Positions 54,752 to 64,000 of a stretch of 64,000 nucleotides of DNA are shown here, piece after piece. The position numbers and the translations under genes are program-made. Where the stretch lies: sequence record OP752703.1; one strand, written 5' to 3'. Under the pieces are notes generated by a model. It saw nothing but the letters and a program-made list of their open reading frames with translations. It had not been told where the DNA came from and made no database searches. Numbering within the stretch: position 1 is the first letter of the stretch; each line of letters opens with the position of its first letter.

Positions 54752-56659
54752 ATGCAAGACTTAAATTATGATGAACTGATCGAAACGTTGCAGAAAGCAG
54801 ACAATGCTTACTTCAATTCAGTAGGTGATGAACATCTTTCCGACTCAGAGTACGACCGTCTAAAGAATCGTGCAAGGTCTATCAATCCTGCACACCCCTA
54901 CTTTACCCGTGTAGGTTCGGATGTTCGTGGTGGTAAGATTCGTCTACCGTACACCATGGGTTCTCTAGACCAAATTCATGCTGGTGAATACGAAGCTTGG
55001 GCTAAAACCTATGCTCCTAATAACAAGACCGTTATCGTTTCTCGTAAGAAGGACGGTATTAGCGGTATGAATGAATATCGTGGTGGCGAATTCCAGATTG
55101 CCTATAGTCGTGGTAACGGCATGGAAGGTGCAGACATTACCCGTCACGCAAACCATATCTCCAACTTCCCTAAGAAGCTAGACGGGGAAGATTACTTCGT
55201 TGTTCGTGGTGAGTACATCATGCGCAACTCAAAGTTCAAGGACAATTGGGCTGGTAAGTTCGCCAATCCTCGCGTAACTGTGGCCGGAACCATGAACCGC
55301 TCCGAATCTCGTAAGGATATCCTAGCGGACATTGATTTTATCGCATACGAAATTGTTGCAACCAATGGCAAGCCCGCTGGCACTAAGGCCGAACAACTAA
55401 GGCGTCTAGAGGAACTAGGGTTCCAGACTGTCTATTGGGAAGAATTCCAGTCCAATGATCTACGTGATGCAGTTCTAGAAGCTCTCCTAATTGATTACCG
55501 TGCCAACAGTGACTATGAACTAGACGGCATCGTTCTAACTGTAGACGACATTGAGCGCGTAGAAAGCAACCGTAAGTCTATCTCTCTAAACCCGGAACAC
55601 TCGGCTAAGTTCAAGGTTAATGCTGCTTCTGATGAAGTCAGTGCTACCGTGACCAACGTTCTATGGGAAATCTCCAAGAATGGTTTGTTCAAGCCACGTG
55701 TAGAAATCATGCCAGTCAATCTATTCGGCACCATGGTTACCTACGCTACCGGCCACAATGCTAAGTTCATTGTTGATAACGGAATTGGTATTGGTGCAAC
55801 TATTAAGATCACCAAGGCTGGTACGGTCATCCCTTACATCGTAAGCGTCCCCAAGGCGGCTTCTAAGACTTCGATTCCACCGCAGGAAGTTGGAAGCGAG
55901 TGGGAATGGAATGACACTAATGTAGATATTGTCTTGAAGGATATCGATTCGCATCCGGTTGTTAGAATGAAGCAAATTCTAGACTTCATGGAAACGTTGA
56001 ATGTCGAACTATTGAAGGAATCTTCGGTTAAGAAGCTTGTCGATCATTACCAGCTACAGACCATGGAATTCTCAGATGCTATCTTGACTATTGCCGATCT
56101 ATTTGAAAATGAATGGGTGAATGTTCTAGGATCAAACGGTAGTAAGTCTTACAACAGCTTCCATCGCCGCCTACAGAATCTTGATTTGGCAACCTTCCTA
56201 GGTGCTGTTAAGTATTTCGGTGCAGGCTTCGGTGTACGTAAGTCTAAATCTGTGCTATCATTCCTTAAGAATGAATCAGATGTATGGACCCTAAGCAAGC
56301 ATATGGTTGCTACTTTTGATGGTTTCAGTGATGTGACTGCTGAGAAGTTCGTGGCTGGTCTAGCTCAGACTAAGAACTTGTTCGATAGTCTGAACAAGCG
56401 TGGGTTGGTCAAATTGGTAAGTGTCACCAAGACGGACGAGCTACAAAAGCTTAACGTTGTAATGACTGGCTTCCGTGATCCAGAATTGGCTGCTGAGATT
56501 GAGAAGCGTGGCGGTAAGAACGGTTCATCAGTGTCATCAAAGACAACCCACCTACTGACTACTGATCCAACTAGTACTAGCGGTAAGGCTAAGAAGGCAC
56601 GTGATTTGGGCATTCCTATCATGACTCCTGACCAGTTCAAAGACCAATTCAACCTCTGA
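54752..56659 (+). CDS. ligA: NAD-dependent DNA ligase
   Basis: SDSEYD, MGSLD, KKDG, SRGNG..G.DIT, VRGE, DGIV, OB fold, C-terminal BRCT (VVMTG...SVSSKTTHL). Confidence 0.95.
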   Translation: MQDLNYDELIETLQKADNAYFNSVGDEHLSDSEYDRLKNRARSINPAHPYFTRVGSDVRGGKIRLPYTMGSLDQIHAGEYEAWAKTYAPNNKTVIVSRKKDGISGMNEYRGGEFQIAYSRGNGMEGADITRHANHISNFPKKLDGEDYFVVRGEYIMRNSKFKDNWAGKFANPRVTVAGTMNRSESRKDILADIDFIAYEIVATNGKPAGTKAEQLRRLEELGFQTVYWEEFQSNDLRDAVLEALLIDYRANSDYELDGIVLTVDDIERVESNRKSISLNPEHSAKFKVNAASDEVSATVTNVLWEISKNGLFKPRVEIMPVNLFGTMVTYATGHNAKFIVDNGIGIGATIKITKAGTVIPYIVSVPKAASKTSIPPQEVGSEWEWNDTNVDIVLKDIDSHPVVRMKQILDFMETLNVELLKESSVKKLVDHYQLQTMEFSDAILTIADLFENEWVNVLGSNGSKSYNSFHRRLQNLDLATFLGAVKYFGAGFGVRKSKSVLSFLKNESDVWTLSKHMVATFDGFSDVTAEKFVAGLAQTKNLFDSLNKRGLVKLVSVTKTDELQKLNVVMTGFRDPELAAEIEKRGGKNGSSVSSKTTHLLTTDPTSTSGKAKKARDLGIPIMTPDQFKDQFNL

Positions 56660-56670
56660 ATTGGTCTTTC
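56639..56670 (+). terminator. Intrinsic terminator after ligA
   Basis: AAAGACCAATTCA-acctc-TGAATTGGTCTTT. Confidence 0.7.
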
Positions 56671-56787
56671 ACATACCTTAATGGTATAATTAAACGAACG
56701 GAACTCGTTGTCCTGTGTAGGTTTTTACCTACACAAAAATGCAAGAATAAATATAAATGTAATAAAATTAATTCGAGGACGAGTTGA

Positions 56788-57453
56788 ATGAAAAGCAATT
56801 TTGAAGAAGAGGATGCTCCAATAATTATGATGGCCGGTAATACGCAGAAAGTTCCAGCATACAGTCAAGTTGTCCCGGTCAATATCCATCACTTCTACCT
56901 AACTGGTACGGTTGATGAACCTGAAAAGTACACAGAAATGGTTCAGGTAATGAAGACCGCAGAAGAGCATGACACGATTTACCTATACATCAACAGTCCC
57001 GGTGGCTATTTGAGTTCAGCAATTCAGATTATCTCAGCAATACGTAATAGTCCTGCTCAGATTATCACAGTTCTTGAAGGTGAAGCATACTCAGCAGGTT
57101 CTCTAATTTTCCTAGCAGGACATAAGCTGGTTGTAAATGGTCTAACATCATTTATGATTCACAAGTACAGTCATGGTGTTGTTGGTAAGGGTTCGGACGT
57201 TGCAAGTCAAGTAGCTTTCTCTGAAAGATACTACGATCAAATTTGTAAGAATATCTATAAGGATGTTCTAAGCGAAGATGAAATGGAGCGCATGCAGCGT
57301 GGTGAAGATTTCTGGTTTACTGCGGGTGAACTAGTGCAGCGTCTACGTCTATATGGCCGTGAAGTTATCACTTCGGAAGACGTTGAAGAAGAAATTAAAG
57401 AACTAGACGCTCCTAAAAAGAAGAAGACCCAAAAGGCAAAAACCGTCAACTAA
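56788..57453 (+). CDS. clpP: ClpP-like serine protease
   Basis: LYINSPGG, AYSAGS (catalytic Ser), FMIH (His), DFW. Confidence 0.85.
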   Translation: MKSNFEEEDAPIIMMAGNTQKVPAYSQVVPVNIHHFYLTGTVDEPEKYTEMVQVMKTAEEHDTIYLYINSPGGYLSSAIQIISAIRNSPAQIITVLEGEAYSAGSLIFLAGHKLVVNGLTSFMIHKYSHGVVGKGSDVASQVAFSERYYDQICKNIYKDVLSEDEMERMQRGEDFWFTAGELVQRLRLYGREVITSEDVEEEIKELDAPKKKKTQKAKTVN

Positions 57454-57486
57454 TACTTGACGGTTTTACCGTTTTTGCAGTACAAT
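57439..57486 (+). promoter_or_regulatory. Primase promoter with -35 in an inverted-repeat arm
   Basis: AAAACCGTCAA-ctaatac-TTGACGGTTTT; TTGACG-N18-TACAAT. Confidence 0.6.
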
Positions 57487-57493
57487 CTTCGAT

Positions 57494-58570
57494 ATGAGTA
57501 CATACACAACTATCGCAGATTTGGTCAACGACCACGTAACCTATGAATACCATTTCAATCCTAACGATTGGAACAAATGCTACTGTGAAGTATGCGGTGA
57601 TGGTAGTCGAACGAAAGGCCCACGTGGTGGTTGGAGTTTCCAAGCCGAAATGGCTTTCTATAGCTGCTTCAACTGCGGTATCAAGGCCAGTTACGATCCT
57701 AACCGTGACTTCCCTATCTGCCGAGATATGCGTAGAGTAATGGAGTCCTTTGGGATTCCACTAAAAGAAGCACGCTTCATTGCAAATAAAAACAAGTTCA
57801 TCGACAAGCCCGTTGAAGAGGAATCGACCTCGGACGAAGTTGTCGTTAAGCCTGTAATCAACTTGTACGTAAAGTCGCACGAAAGTCCTGACTATTTTGT
57901 ACCACTCAGCACCCTTCCAAATAGTAACGTTCTTGCCGAACAGGCAAGAGCTTTGCTGTGGGACAAATGGGGACATAGAGACACGGACTATCCATTCATG
58001 CTATCTACTGGCGTGTCTAAATCCCCTGATCCCAAAGAAAAGTCTATGGCTAAGATGCTAATGGGCCGCATCATCATTCCTTATTACAAGAATGGTGGCT
58101 TAATCTATTATCAGGCCCGTGCTATCGATGAAGAAGACCCTAAGCGTTACATTAATATGCAGGTTCCAAAGACGAACATCATCTTCAATATGGATGCCAT
58201 GTACCGCAATCACGACAGACCTCTATATATTTTTGAGGGAGCTATGGATGCTATCCATGTGGATGGTGTAGCTGTAATGGAGAACAACCTATCAGCGTCT
58301 CAGGTAGAACTCTTGAATAGATGCTATCGAAAAAAGGTTATCGTACCTGATATTAATCAGGATAAAGCTGCTGCCGGTGATAACAAACTTATACAGATTG
58401 GGGTCTATGAGAATGGTTGGGGTGTAGCACTTCCAGAAATTGGTAGTGGTAACAAAGACCTTTGCGATGGAATCAAGCGATATGGTAAATTATTCGTACT
58501 ACAATCACTTGTCCAGAACACTTATTATGGGCAAGAAGCCCAGCTACAGGCAAGTTTCCTTAATTATTAA
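57494..58570 (+). CDS. DNA primase (gp61-like)
   Basis: Zn finger CEVCGD...CFNCG; IIIPYY...YYQAR; TOPRIM FEGAMDA, VPD. Confidence 0.88.
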   Translation: MSTYTTIADLVNDHVTYEYHFNPNDWNKCYCEVCGDGSRTKGPRGGWSFQAEMAFYSCFNCGIKASYDPNRDFPICRDMRRVMESFGIPLKEARFIANKNKFIDKPVEEESTSDEVVVKPVINLYVKSHESPDYFVPLSTLPNSNVLAEQARALLWDKWGHRDTDYPFMLSTGVSKSPDPKEKSMAKMLMGRIIIPYYKNGGLIYYQARAIDEEDPKRYINMQVPKTNIIFNMDAMYRNHDRPLYIFEGAMDAIHVDGVAVMENNLSASQVELLNRCYRKKVIVPDINQDKAAAGDNKLIQIGVYENGWGVALPEIGSGNKDLCDGIKRYGKLFVLQSLVQNTYYGQEAQLQASFLNY

Positions 58571-58628
58571 TTTTCGATATAAATAGAAGTAGCAAACCTA
58601 CGTCACACTTTTTTACGGGAATTCGGTT

Positions 58629-58820
58629 ATGGCTCAGAAATATGTCAAGGTAAACGCTGGTGAAATTAGTCCTGATGATCTGCGTGTCATGATGGCATCG
58701 CAGACGAAGCTAACTGCGCTTGCGGAAAGAGTAGCTGATGCGCGAAATTGTAAGGTTGAATTACATGGTAAATCATTCCGTGAACTCTTCCTTGCAGAGG
58801 TTAAAGAGATTCTTCAATAA
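58629..58820 (+). CDS. Small hypothetical protein
   Basis: 63-aa ORF after TAAATA. Confidence 0.55.
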   Translation: MAQKYVKVNAGEISPDDLRVMMASQTKLTALAERVADARNCKVELHGKSFRELFLAEVKEILQ

Positions 58821-58875
58821 TAAATAAACTAAATCCAAGCCCATAAATAAAGCAAGTTCATATTGGAAATAATAG

Positions 58876-61587
58876 ATGGCTTGCAATAATTCTATCGACC
58901 GACCGATTGATTCGTTCATCAAATACTTCATCGGCGATGCAAAACCTTATCACACAAAGATTCTAGAAATCGTAGAACGTTACGTATTCCGTGAGTCTAT
59001 CGACGTGTCAGTCGAAGAAACCACTAATATGACTATCGGGCTAAAGAATACGCCGGGTTGTACTGCTGTAGGTTTCGGTGTAGACTACGACAGTGATTGT
59101 GGTTTTGATGCACTAAGCTGCTGTGACCTTTTCCAATGTATGGGTGGCTTTGGACTTATCTTCGATAACTCCGATCTACTAAACACATACAATGTCGTCT
59201 CAACTGATGCCATCACTGGCGAAATCGTTGTTGAAGGCGAACACATCTATGACACTTATCTAAATGTCACTTCCCTTCCTGACCTTAATACGATTGTAGT
59301 TGCTGGTGACCAGTCAAACTACTTCCGTAGCCATGAGCTATTCTGGATGGTTAGGAAGCAGTCTGCCGAAGTTATGTTCAAGGCTGGTAATCTATTGGTG
59401 ATTAAGGGAGACTATGTTGGTCTTCTACGCCAAAAGAAAGTCATTGAACTAATGAACTCAGGCCGTGACGATGGCATTTATAACGTAATCAACGTCAGTC
59501 GTTCAGGTAACAACACTACTATCACAGTAGATCGTCCATTTGAATCCGAATTGTACTTTGGTCAGGCAATTATTCAGACCAATAACAAAAACAATGGTGT
59601 CTATCAGCTAGAAAGCTTTGAAGTTAAGCCTGATGGAACCTACCTACACCTTTATGAAGGAACTCCCCTACGTTTTGATGACAGTGACCTAGAAGGTGGT
59701 TATGGTTCTATCATGCTGCGTACTGGCTTGATCCCTGATCGCAGAGCTTGGTTGGACAATACTTCAAACCCTGATAACAACCGTGAATGGAAGATCGTTC
59801 AGGTTCGTTATGATATTGAAAATGAAAATACAATCGTAGTCGTAGATGGAACTCTAGCGGAATCAACCGGTGGTGTTCTTAACATGTACGGTTATGAGAC
59901 TGGTGCAGGCTTCGATGGAGCAAACGAATGTTCCAAGCCTAACCCATTCACCGTACACGCGTCAATCAGCGAGTTCCTAAAGATTAACGTTTATGATGGT
60001 CCGATTCCTTCGCCGACTCCATCACCTACGATTTCTCCAACTCCTACGTTGACTCCGACACAGACCCCATCGTTCGGTGTAACTATTACCCCTACTCCGT
60101 CTTCATCGTTGACGCCAACGCCAACGGCTTCGGAAACTATTACACCAACACCGTCAGTTACACCGACTCAGACGCCTTCTCAGGGTGCTTCACCGACTCC
60201 GACTGCTACAAAGTCTGTAACTCCGACTCCTTCGGCTTCAATTACTCCTACAAATTCTCTAACACCTACCCCAACGCCTTCAATGACGGCTACTCCGGTA
60301 TTGTGTGAGAAGACTCCATTCGATTATGCAACCATTTCTACCTATTGGACAATGGCTAATGGTGAAGACTTCGACCCGCATCTAAGCCTAACTGATCCTG
60401 CTAGAAATATTCTAGTTGGTTGGAACCGCGTTGACCATGACGAAGACTACATCGTATGGGCTGGTGATGACCAGAAGACTCCGGGTGTTGAATCATTCCT
60501 ATTGAATATGAACAGTATCAAATCTCAATACGATATGAACGAGATTCAGTTCAAACTATCTGGTTTCTGGTACACCCGTGTTCATGACGGTAACGTTCGT
60601 GTGGTCATCAGCATTTGGTCTGGTGGACGTATGACACAGAGTGGTCATAATTGGGTTAATATTGTAGGCGAAGGTAAAAATGCTCGCGTAATGCCGCCAA
60701 AGGATTCGTTCGAATTCTTTGTTAATACCGATAAGACAGTTCTGGACGTTGAAAATACGGGCGTTTATGGTGATGATATGGCCTACATTACCTACGATTT
60801 CTGTAAGGGCTTCTTCTTCCCAACGATCTTGCGTCCTGCGGTAACTCCGACCCCAGCACCAACGCCGTCGAATACTCCTACGCCGTCTAACACCGTAACT
60901 CCGTCCATTACAGTAACTCCTACGATTTCTGTAACGCCAACGATTACGCCAACGATTTCCAATACTCAGACGCCTTCCCCAACGGCTCAGAGTACGCCTA
61001 CGGCTTCGTCTGCTCCAACGCCACCGGTAACTCCGTCGAATACTCCTACACCGTCATTGTCGAACACTCCGTCTATTACGGTAACTCCGACAATCTCTGT
61101 AACGCCTTCTGCGCCTCCGTCAAGAACACCTGACGCAACGCCTTCGTTGACTGCACCGGTAACGCCTACACAAACGCCGTCGAACACTGCAACGCCTTCT
61201 GCGCCTCCGTCAAGAACACCTGACCAGACGCCTTCGGTAACAGCACCGGTAACACCGACTCAGACGCCAACACCGACTCAGACGCCTTCGGCACCGCCTA
61301 CAAGAACGCCTGATGCAACACCGACGAATACGCCTACAAATTCGGCTACACCGTCAACTACGGTAAGTTTGACTCCAAGTATTACTCCGACACCGGAAAC
61401 AACGAAGTCACTAACACCGACGATTACGCCGACACTATCGAATTCAAGTACGGCAACAGCAACACCAACGCCAACGTCTGATCCAACACCTACTCAGACG
61501 CCAACGCCAACATCGACACCAGCAGTATCGCCAGTCTATGTAGACCTAAACTATAGTCCGGCAGGATTAGATGGTGAAATGACATAA
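58876..61587 (+). CDS. Large virion protein with two S/T/P stalks
   Basis: N-terminal KPYHTKI motif and Cys cluster, beta-rich body, TPTPS repeats; TAAATA upstream. Confidence 0.8.
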   Translation: MACNNSIDRPIDSFIKYFIGDAKPYHTKILEIVERYVFRESIDVSVEETTNMTIGLKNTPGCTAVGFGVDYDSDCGFDALSCCDLFQCMGGFGLIFDNSDLLNTYNVVSTDAITGEIVVEGEHIYDTYLNVTSLPDLNTIVVAGDQSNYFRSHELFWMVRKQSAEVMFKAGNLLVIKGDYVGLLRQKKVIELMNSGRDDGIYNVINVSRSGNNTTITVDRPFESELYFGQAIIQTNNKNNGVYQLESFEVKPDGTYLHLYEGTPLRFDDSDLEGGYGSIMLRTGLIPDRRAWLDNTSNPDNNREWKIVQVRYDIENENTIVVVDGTLAESTGGVLNMYGYETGAGFDGANECSKPNPFTVHASISEFLKINVYDGPIPSPTPSPTISPTPTLTPTQTPSFGVTITPTPSSSLTPTPTASETITPTPSVTPTQTPSQGASPTPTATKSVTPTPSASITPTNSLTPTPTPSMTATPVLCEKTPFDYATISTYWTMANGEDFDPHLSLTDPARNILVGWNRVDHDEDYIVWAGDDQKTPGVESFLLNMNSIKSQYDMNEIQFKLSGFWYTRVHDGNVRVVISIWSGGRMTQSGHNWVNIVGEGKNARVMPPKDSFEFFVNTDKTVLDVENTGVYGDDMAYITYDFCKGFFFPTILRPAVTPTPAPTPSNTPTPSNTVTPSITVTPTISVTPTITPTISNTQTPSPTAQSTPTASSAPTPPVTPSNTPTPSLSNTPSITVTPTISVTPSAPPSRTPDATPSLTAPVTPTQTPSNTATPSAPPSRTPDQTPSVTAPVTPTQTPTPTQTPSAPPTRTPDATPTNTPTNSATPSTTVSLTPSITPTPETTKSLTPTITPTLSNSSTATATPTPTSDPTPTQTPTPTSTPAVSPVYVDLNYSPAGLDGEMT
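61080..61320 (+). repeat. Coding tandem repeats (PSAPPSRTPD(A/Q)TPS.TAPVTPTQT)
   Basis: acgccttctgcgcctccgtcaagaacacctgac occurs twice about 90 nt apart, plus a third degenerate copy. Confidence 0.75.
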
Positions 61588-61588
61588 G

Positions 61589-61615
61589 AAAAGGGGCCAA
61601 AAGGCCCCTTTTTCT
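61589..61615. terminator. Bidirectional terminator
   Basis: AAAAGGGGCC-aaaa-GGCCCCTTTT between convergent genes. Confidence 0.85.
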
Positions 61616-62833
61616 TTATTCCGGTAGTAGTGCCTTGCGCATATCTTCATTAGCTTCACGTAGAAGCTTGATTGCCTCTGCGCGCTTTCGATCAGCCGAT
61701 GCCTTTAGAGTCTTAGATAGAGTTGCGGCATCCATGGTCATATCCGGGGACATAACTTCTTCATCGTCTTCATCTTCATCCCAACGATGATCGATGTTGT
61801 AGGCCGCTTCTAGGTAAGCTAGCGGGAACTTCGTCGTCATTAGATTGGTATCAGCCTGTGAACCCTCTCCAGCCTGCGGTGAGTAAGACTTGCGTAGCTG
61901 GTTGAAAATATTCTGAATGGCATAACCGTCGAATAGATTCTTGAAGCCGACCATACCCTTGAACATAGTGTTGAAGCTGGAAGTCGCCCAACCAGTATCA
62001 CCGCCCCTTGAAGGGAAGCGAGCGTAGCTTAGGAACCAATAATCCATACATGCATGGTCATACTTAACGTCAAGGTTCTGTTCAGCGCGTAGAGGCTTCA
62101 ATACTTCTTCAACTACTTCGTCTCCAAGATGCATATTAGCATAATCGCCGTACTTTAGATTCATCTTTAGAACGGCAGCAGTTTCAGTGTCGCCTGCGGC
62201 TTCGGCAGCTTCAATCTGAGCCTTAATCTCGTCGTCCTTTCCAGCCTTCCACGCATCATATGTTTCTAGAACCTTCTTTAGGTAATCAACCGTAACAGCA
62301 GGATCACTATAACCTTCACCTAGAGGCACTACACTCTTTAGGGACTCGAACACATCTTCACGGATCATCATGTGAGCAATCTCACCGACCTTTCCACTAT
62401 AATCCTTCATACCGAATAGATTACCGTGCATGGCTTCACCTAGAGCATCGAAAGTCTCAAAGGGATCATCCTTACATTCATTGTAACGAACATAACCCTT
62501 ATCGGCTAGACCTGACACGTCATCAGATGCATTCCAACCTAGATCGTCTGGACCCTTTGCAATGCCTTCACGGTGTGGCTTGCGGCGAGTTAGGCTTCGC
62601 TCAAAGAAGTGAGTAAATGCCTTTAGCTTACCTTCCTGACCATCATCGGGGGTCATCCAACCGTAGTCAGAGTATTCACCGTAGACGGGAAGCGGGATGA
62701 TTTCCCATGCCCAATTGTTGTAGCAGTAGCTTTGGTAGTCACGTACAACCTCAACCAATAGGAACATTACAACACGTTCGCCATCGTGGATAGGAAGCTG
62801 AGTTAGACCGCAAGTTTTATTCCAAGAACCCAT
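61616..62833 (-). CDS. Hypothetical protein (405 aa)
   Basis: Long ORF; N-terminus MGSWNKTCGLTQLPI...GEYSDYG. Confidence 0.85.
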   Translation of the reverse strand: MGSWNKTCGLTQLPIHDGERVVMFLLVEVVRDYQSYCYNNWAWEIIPLPVYGEYSDYGWMTPDDGQEGKLKAFTHFFERSLTRRKPHREGIAKGPDDLGWNASDDVSGLADKGYVRYNECKDDPFETFDALGEAMHGNLFGMKDYSGKVGEIAHMMIREDVFESLKSVVPLGEGYSDPAVTVDYLKKVLETYDAWKAGKDDEIKAQIEAAEAAGDTETAAVLKMNLKYGDYANMHLGDEVVEEVLKPLRAEQNLDVKYDHACMDYWFLSYARFPSRGGDTGWATSSFNTMFKGMVGFKNLFDGYAIQNIFNQLRKSYSPQAGEGSQADTNLMTTKFPLAYLEAAYNIDHRWDEDEDDEEVMSPDMTMDAATLSKTLKASADRKRAEAIKLLREANEDMRKALLPE

Positions 62834-62844
62834 TTAGTTATACC

Positions 62845-63348
62845 TTAAATGTTGAAGTGAGACTTTAGCTGCGCAATGGTATCAGCAGCAGAAGTGTGTA
62901 GTACACCATGTCCGCCAGCAGCAACCCATGGATCAATAGACTTTGCACGGTCATCGATTAGAATGCCCTGCACACCGTCTACAACAGCGTATGCTGCCTT
63001 GTCCGGGGACTTCGGTACAACGATGCACTCAATGTCCGGGTAGTGTTCAGCGTACCAATCACGCTTCTGCTGCGGACCTTCCTTCGGAGTGTAACCAGAA
63101 GCGGTTAGAATCTTAACCGTTTCAAAGTTAGCGATTAGGAAGTCTAGTAGTTCATCAGCATCTTCCATCTTCGGTAGATGGCGGAAGAACGGCTCAACGG
63201 TATCGTTACGGCGCTGAACTAGAGTCCAGAACTCAGACTTCTTAACGAAGTCTTCCGGGCGCTTACCAAAATGAATGCGGCAGTATTCCGACATGTCCGC
63301 GACGACGCCATCACTGTCAACAAAAATCGGGGTCTTAATCTTAGTCAT
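62845..63348 (-). CDS. HAD-family 5'(3')-nucleotidase-like phosphatase
   Basis: IFVDSDGVVAD, ILTA, LIDDR...W..AGG.G.LH. Confidence 0.85.
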   Translation of the reverse strand: MTKIKTPIFVDSDGVVADMSEYCRIHFGKRPEDFVKKSEFWTLVQRRNDTVEPFFRHLPKMEDADELLDFLIANFETVKILTASGYTPKEGPQQKRDWYAEHYPDIECIVVPKSPDKAAYAVVDGVQGILIDDRAKSIDPWVAAGGHGVLHTSAADTIAQLKSHFNI

Positions 63349-63385
63349 TATATTCTCGTTAAATGTATTAGTCCTAACGCAAGCG

Positions 63386-63874
63386 TTAGATAGAACTGAA
63401 ATGTGAAAGGGTTAGCATGGGAGTGTCACAGCCCGGAATAACGTGTCGTGACAGTAGTAGCCAAAGGCTGTAAGGGTAGGTAGTGAATCCATTCTTTACT
63501 ACGGTTTCAAGGGAAACCGCATTTTTGATGTTATCTTCCTGTCGCCTGTAATCAGCCTCAACACTGGCAGAAGCCTCTTTGATACTTTTTACGAAAGTAC
63601 GGTTAGGTTTGTCTGCGAACACTTCTTTGAAGAAGCCGTGGGTGAAGCCCATACGATCTTTGTAGAATTCTTCAAATGAAGGAAGGGCGTAAACTGACAA
63701 AGTTCCACTCTTATAAAGGACTCCGGCCATGTGAATTAGATGCTTCACAAAGTCTTCTTCATCCTTCACGATGAAGTTAGCAGTAGTGGCATAGCTAGTA
63801 TAGGTCAAGCACATAGGGAACTGCTTCAAGTTAGTCTCTTTGAAGCTATCGGGCCATTGGTAGTCGGTAGTCAC
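63386..63874 (-). CDS. Hypothetical protein (GTG start)
   Basis: AAGGA RBS; perfect promoter upstream. Confidence 0.75.
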   Translation of the reverse strand: MTTDYQWPDSFKETNLKQFPMCLTYTSYATTANFIVKDEEDFVKHLIHMAGVLYKSGTLSVYALPSFEEFYKDRMGFTHGFFKEVFADKPNRTFVKSIKEASASVEADYRRQEDNIKNAVSLETVVKNGFTTYPYSLWLLLSRHVIPGCDTPMLTLSHFSSI

Positions 63875-63903
63875 TTCGTTATCCTTCGTATTAGTGTCTG
63901 CAA

Positions 63904-63932
63904 ATTATAGGCCATAGATGGTAGTCTGTCAA
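63904..63932 (-). promoter_or_regulatory. Consensus sigma70 early promoter
   Basis: Minus strand TTGACA (63932-63927)-N17-TATAAT (63909-63904). Confidence 0.85.
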
Positions 63933-63959
63933 CTCTTGGGTAATAAATAAGGATTAAAC

Positions 63960-64000
63960 ATGGAAACCATAATGACCAAACATATTAAAGATATCTTCGA
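63960..64000 (+). CDS. 5' end of a late gene running off the right edge
   Basis: TAAATA, AAGGA RBS, then METIMTKHIKDIF. Confidence 0.45.
   Translation, partial: METIMTKHIKDIF

Noticed and set aside
50891-58570. Inteins or introns in topoisomerase, ligase, primase or helicase
   Set aside because: Protein lengths match uninterrupted homologues and no splicing motifs were seen.
1-64000. Alternative genetic code (stop-codon recoding)
   Set aside because: Long conserved genes are intact under code 11 and all three stop codons end genes.

Overview
This is a 64-kb segment of a large lytic T4-superfamily-like (jumbo-type) myophage genome, densely coding; I found no tRNA, rRNA or CRISPR array. Replication and recombination genes: UvsY, UvsW, two clamp-loader subunits, primase, NAD-dependent ligase, a two-subunit type II topoisomerase, and a DnaE (Pol III alpha)-like core split over two genes about 14 kb apart. 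Virion genes: a tandem array of six paralogues (shared N-terminal domain, Ser/Thr/Pro stalk, variable and often Cys-rich tip) plus two further very large S/T/P-rich proteins. Spanins and a charged scaffold-like protein are also present. Nucleotide-metabolism and counter-defence genes: NadM-Nudix plus NadV (NAD salvage), NADAR, a split kinase/Hen1/Pnkp-ligase RNA repair cluster, MazG-like, Acb1-like, AlkB, dCMP deaminase, DHFR, dNMP kinase and two HAD nucleotidases. Auxiliary genes: PhoH, ClpP, GroES, Bfd, rhodanese, YqeY, and a free-standing GIY-YIG homing endonuclease. Sequence-level signals: apparent absence of CCWGG with abundant CTAGG/CTTGG; heavy CTA Leu usage; promoters embedded in terminator hairpins; a switch-like structured leader upstream of phoH; and a candidate +1 frameshift (CTT AGG G) joining two ORFs at about 24,450. 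All product calls come from motif recognition by eye, with no database search.
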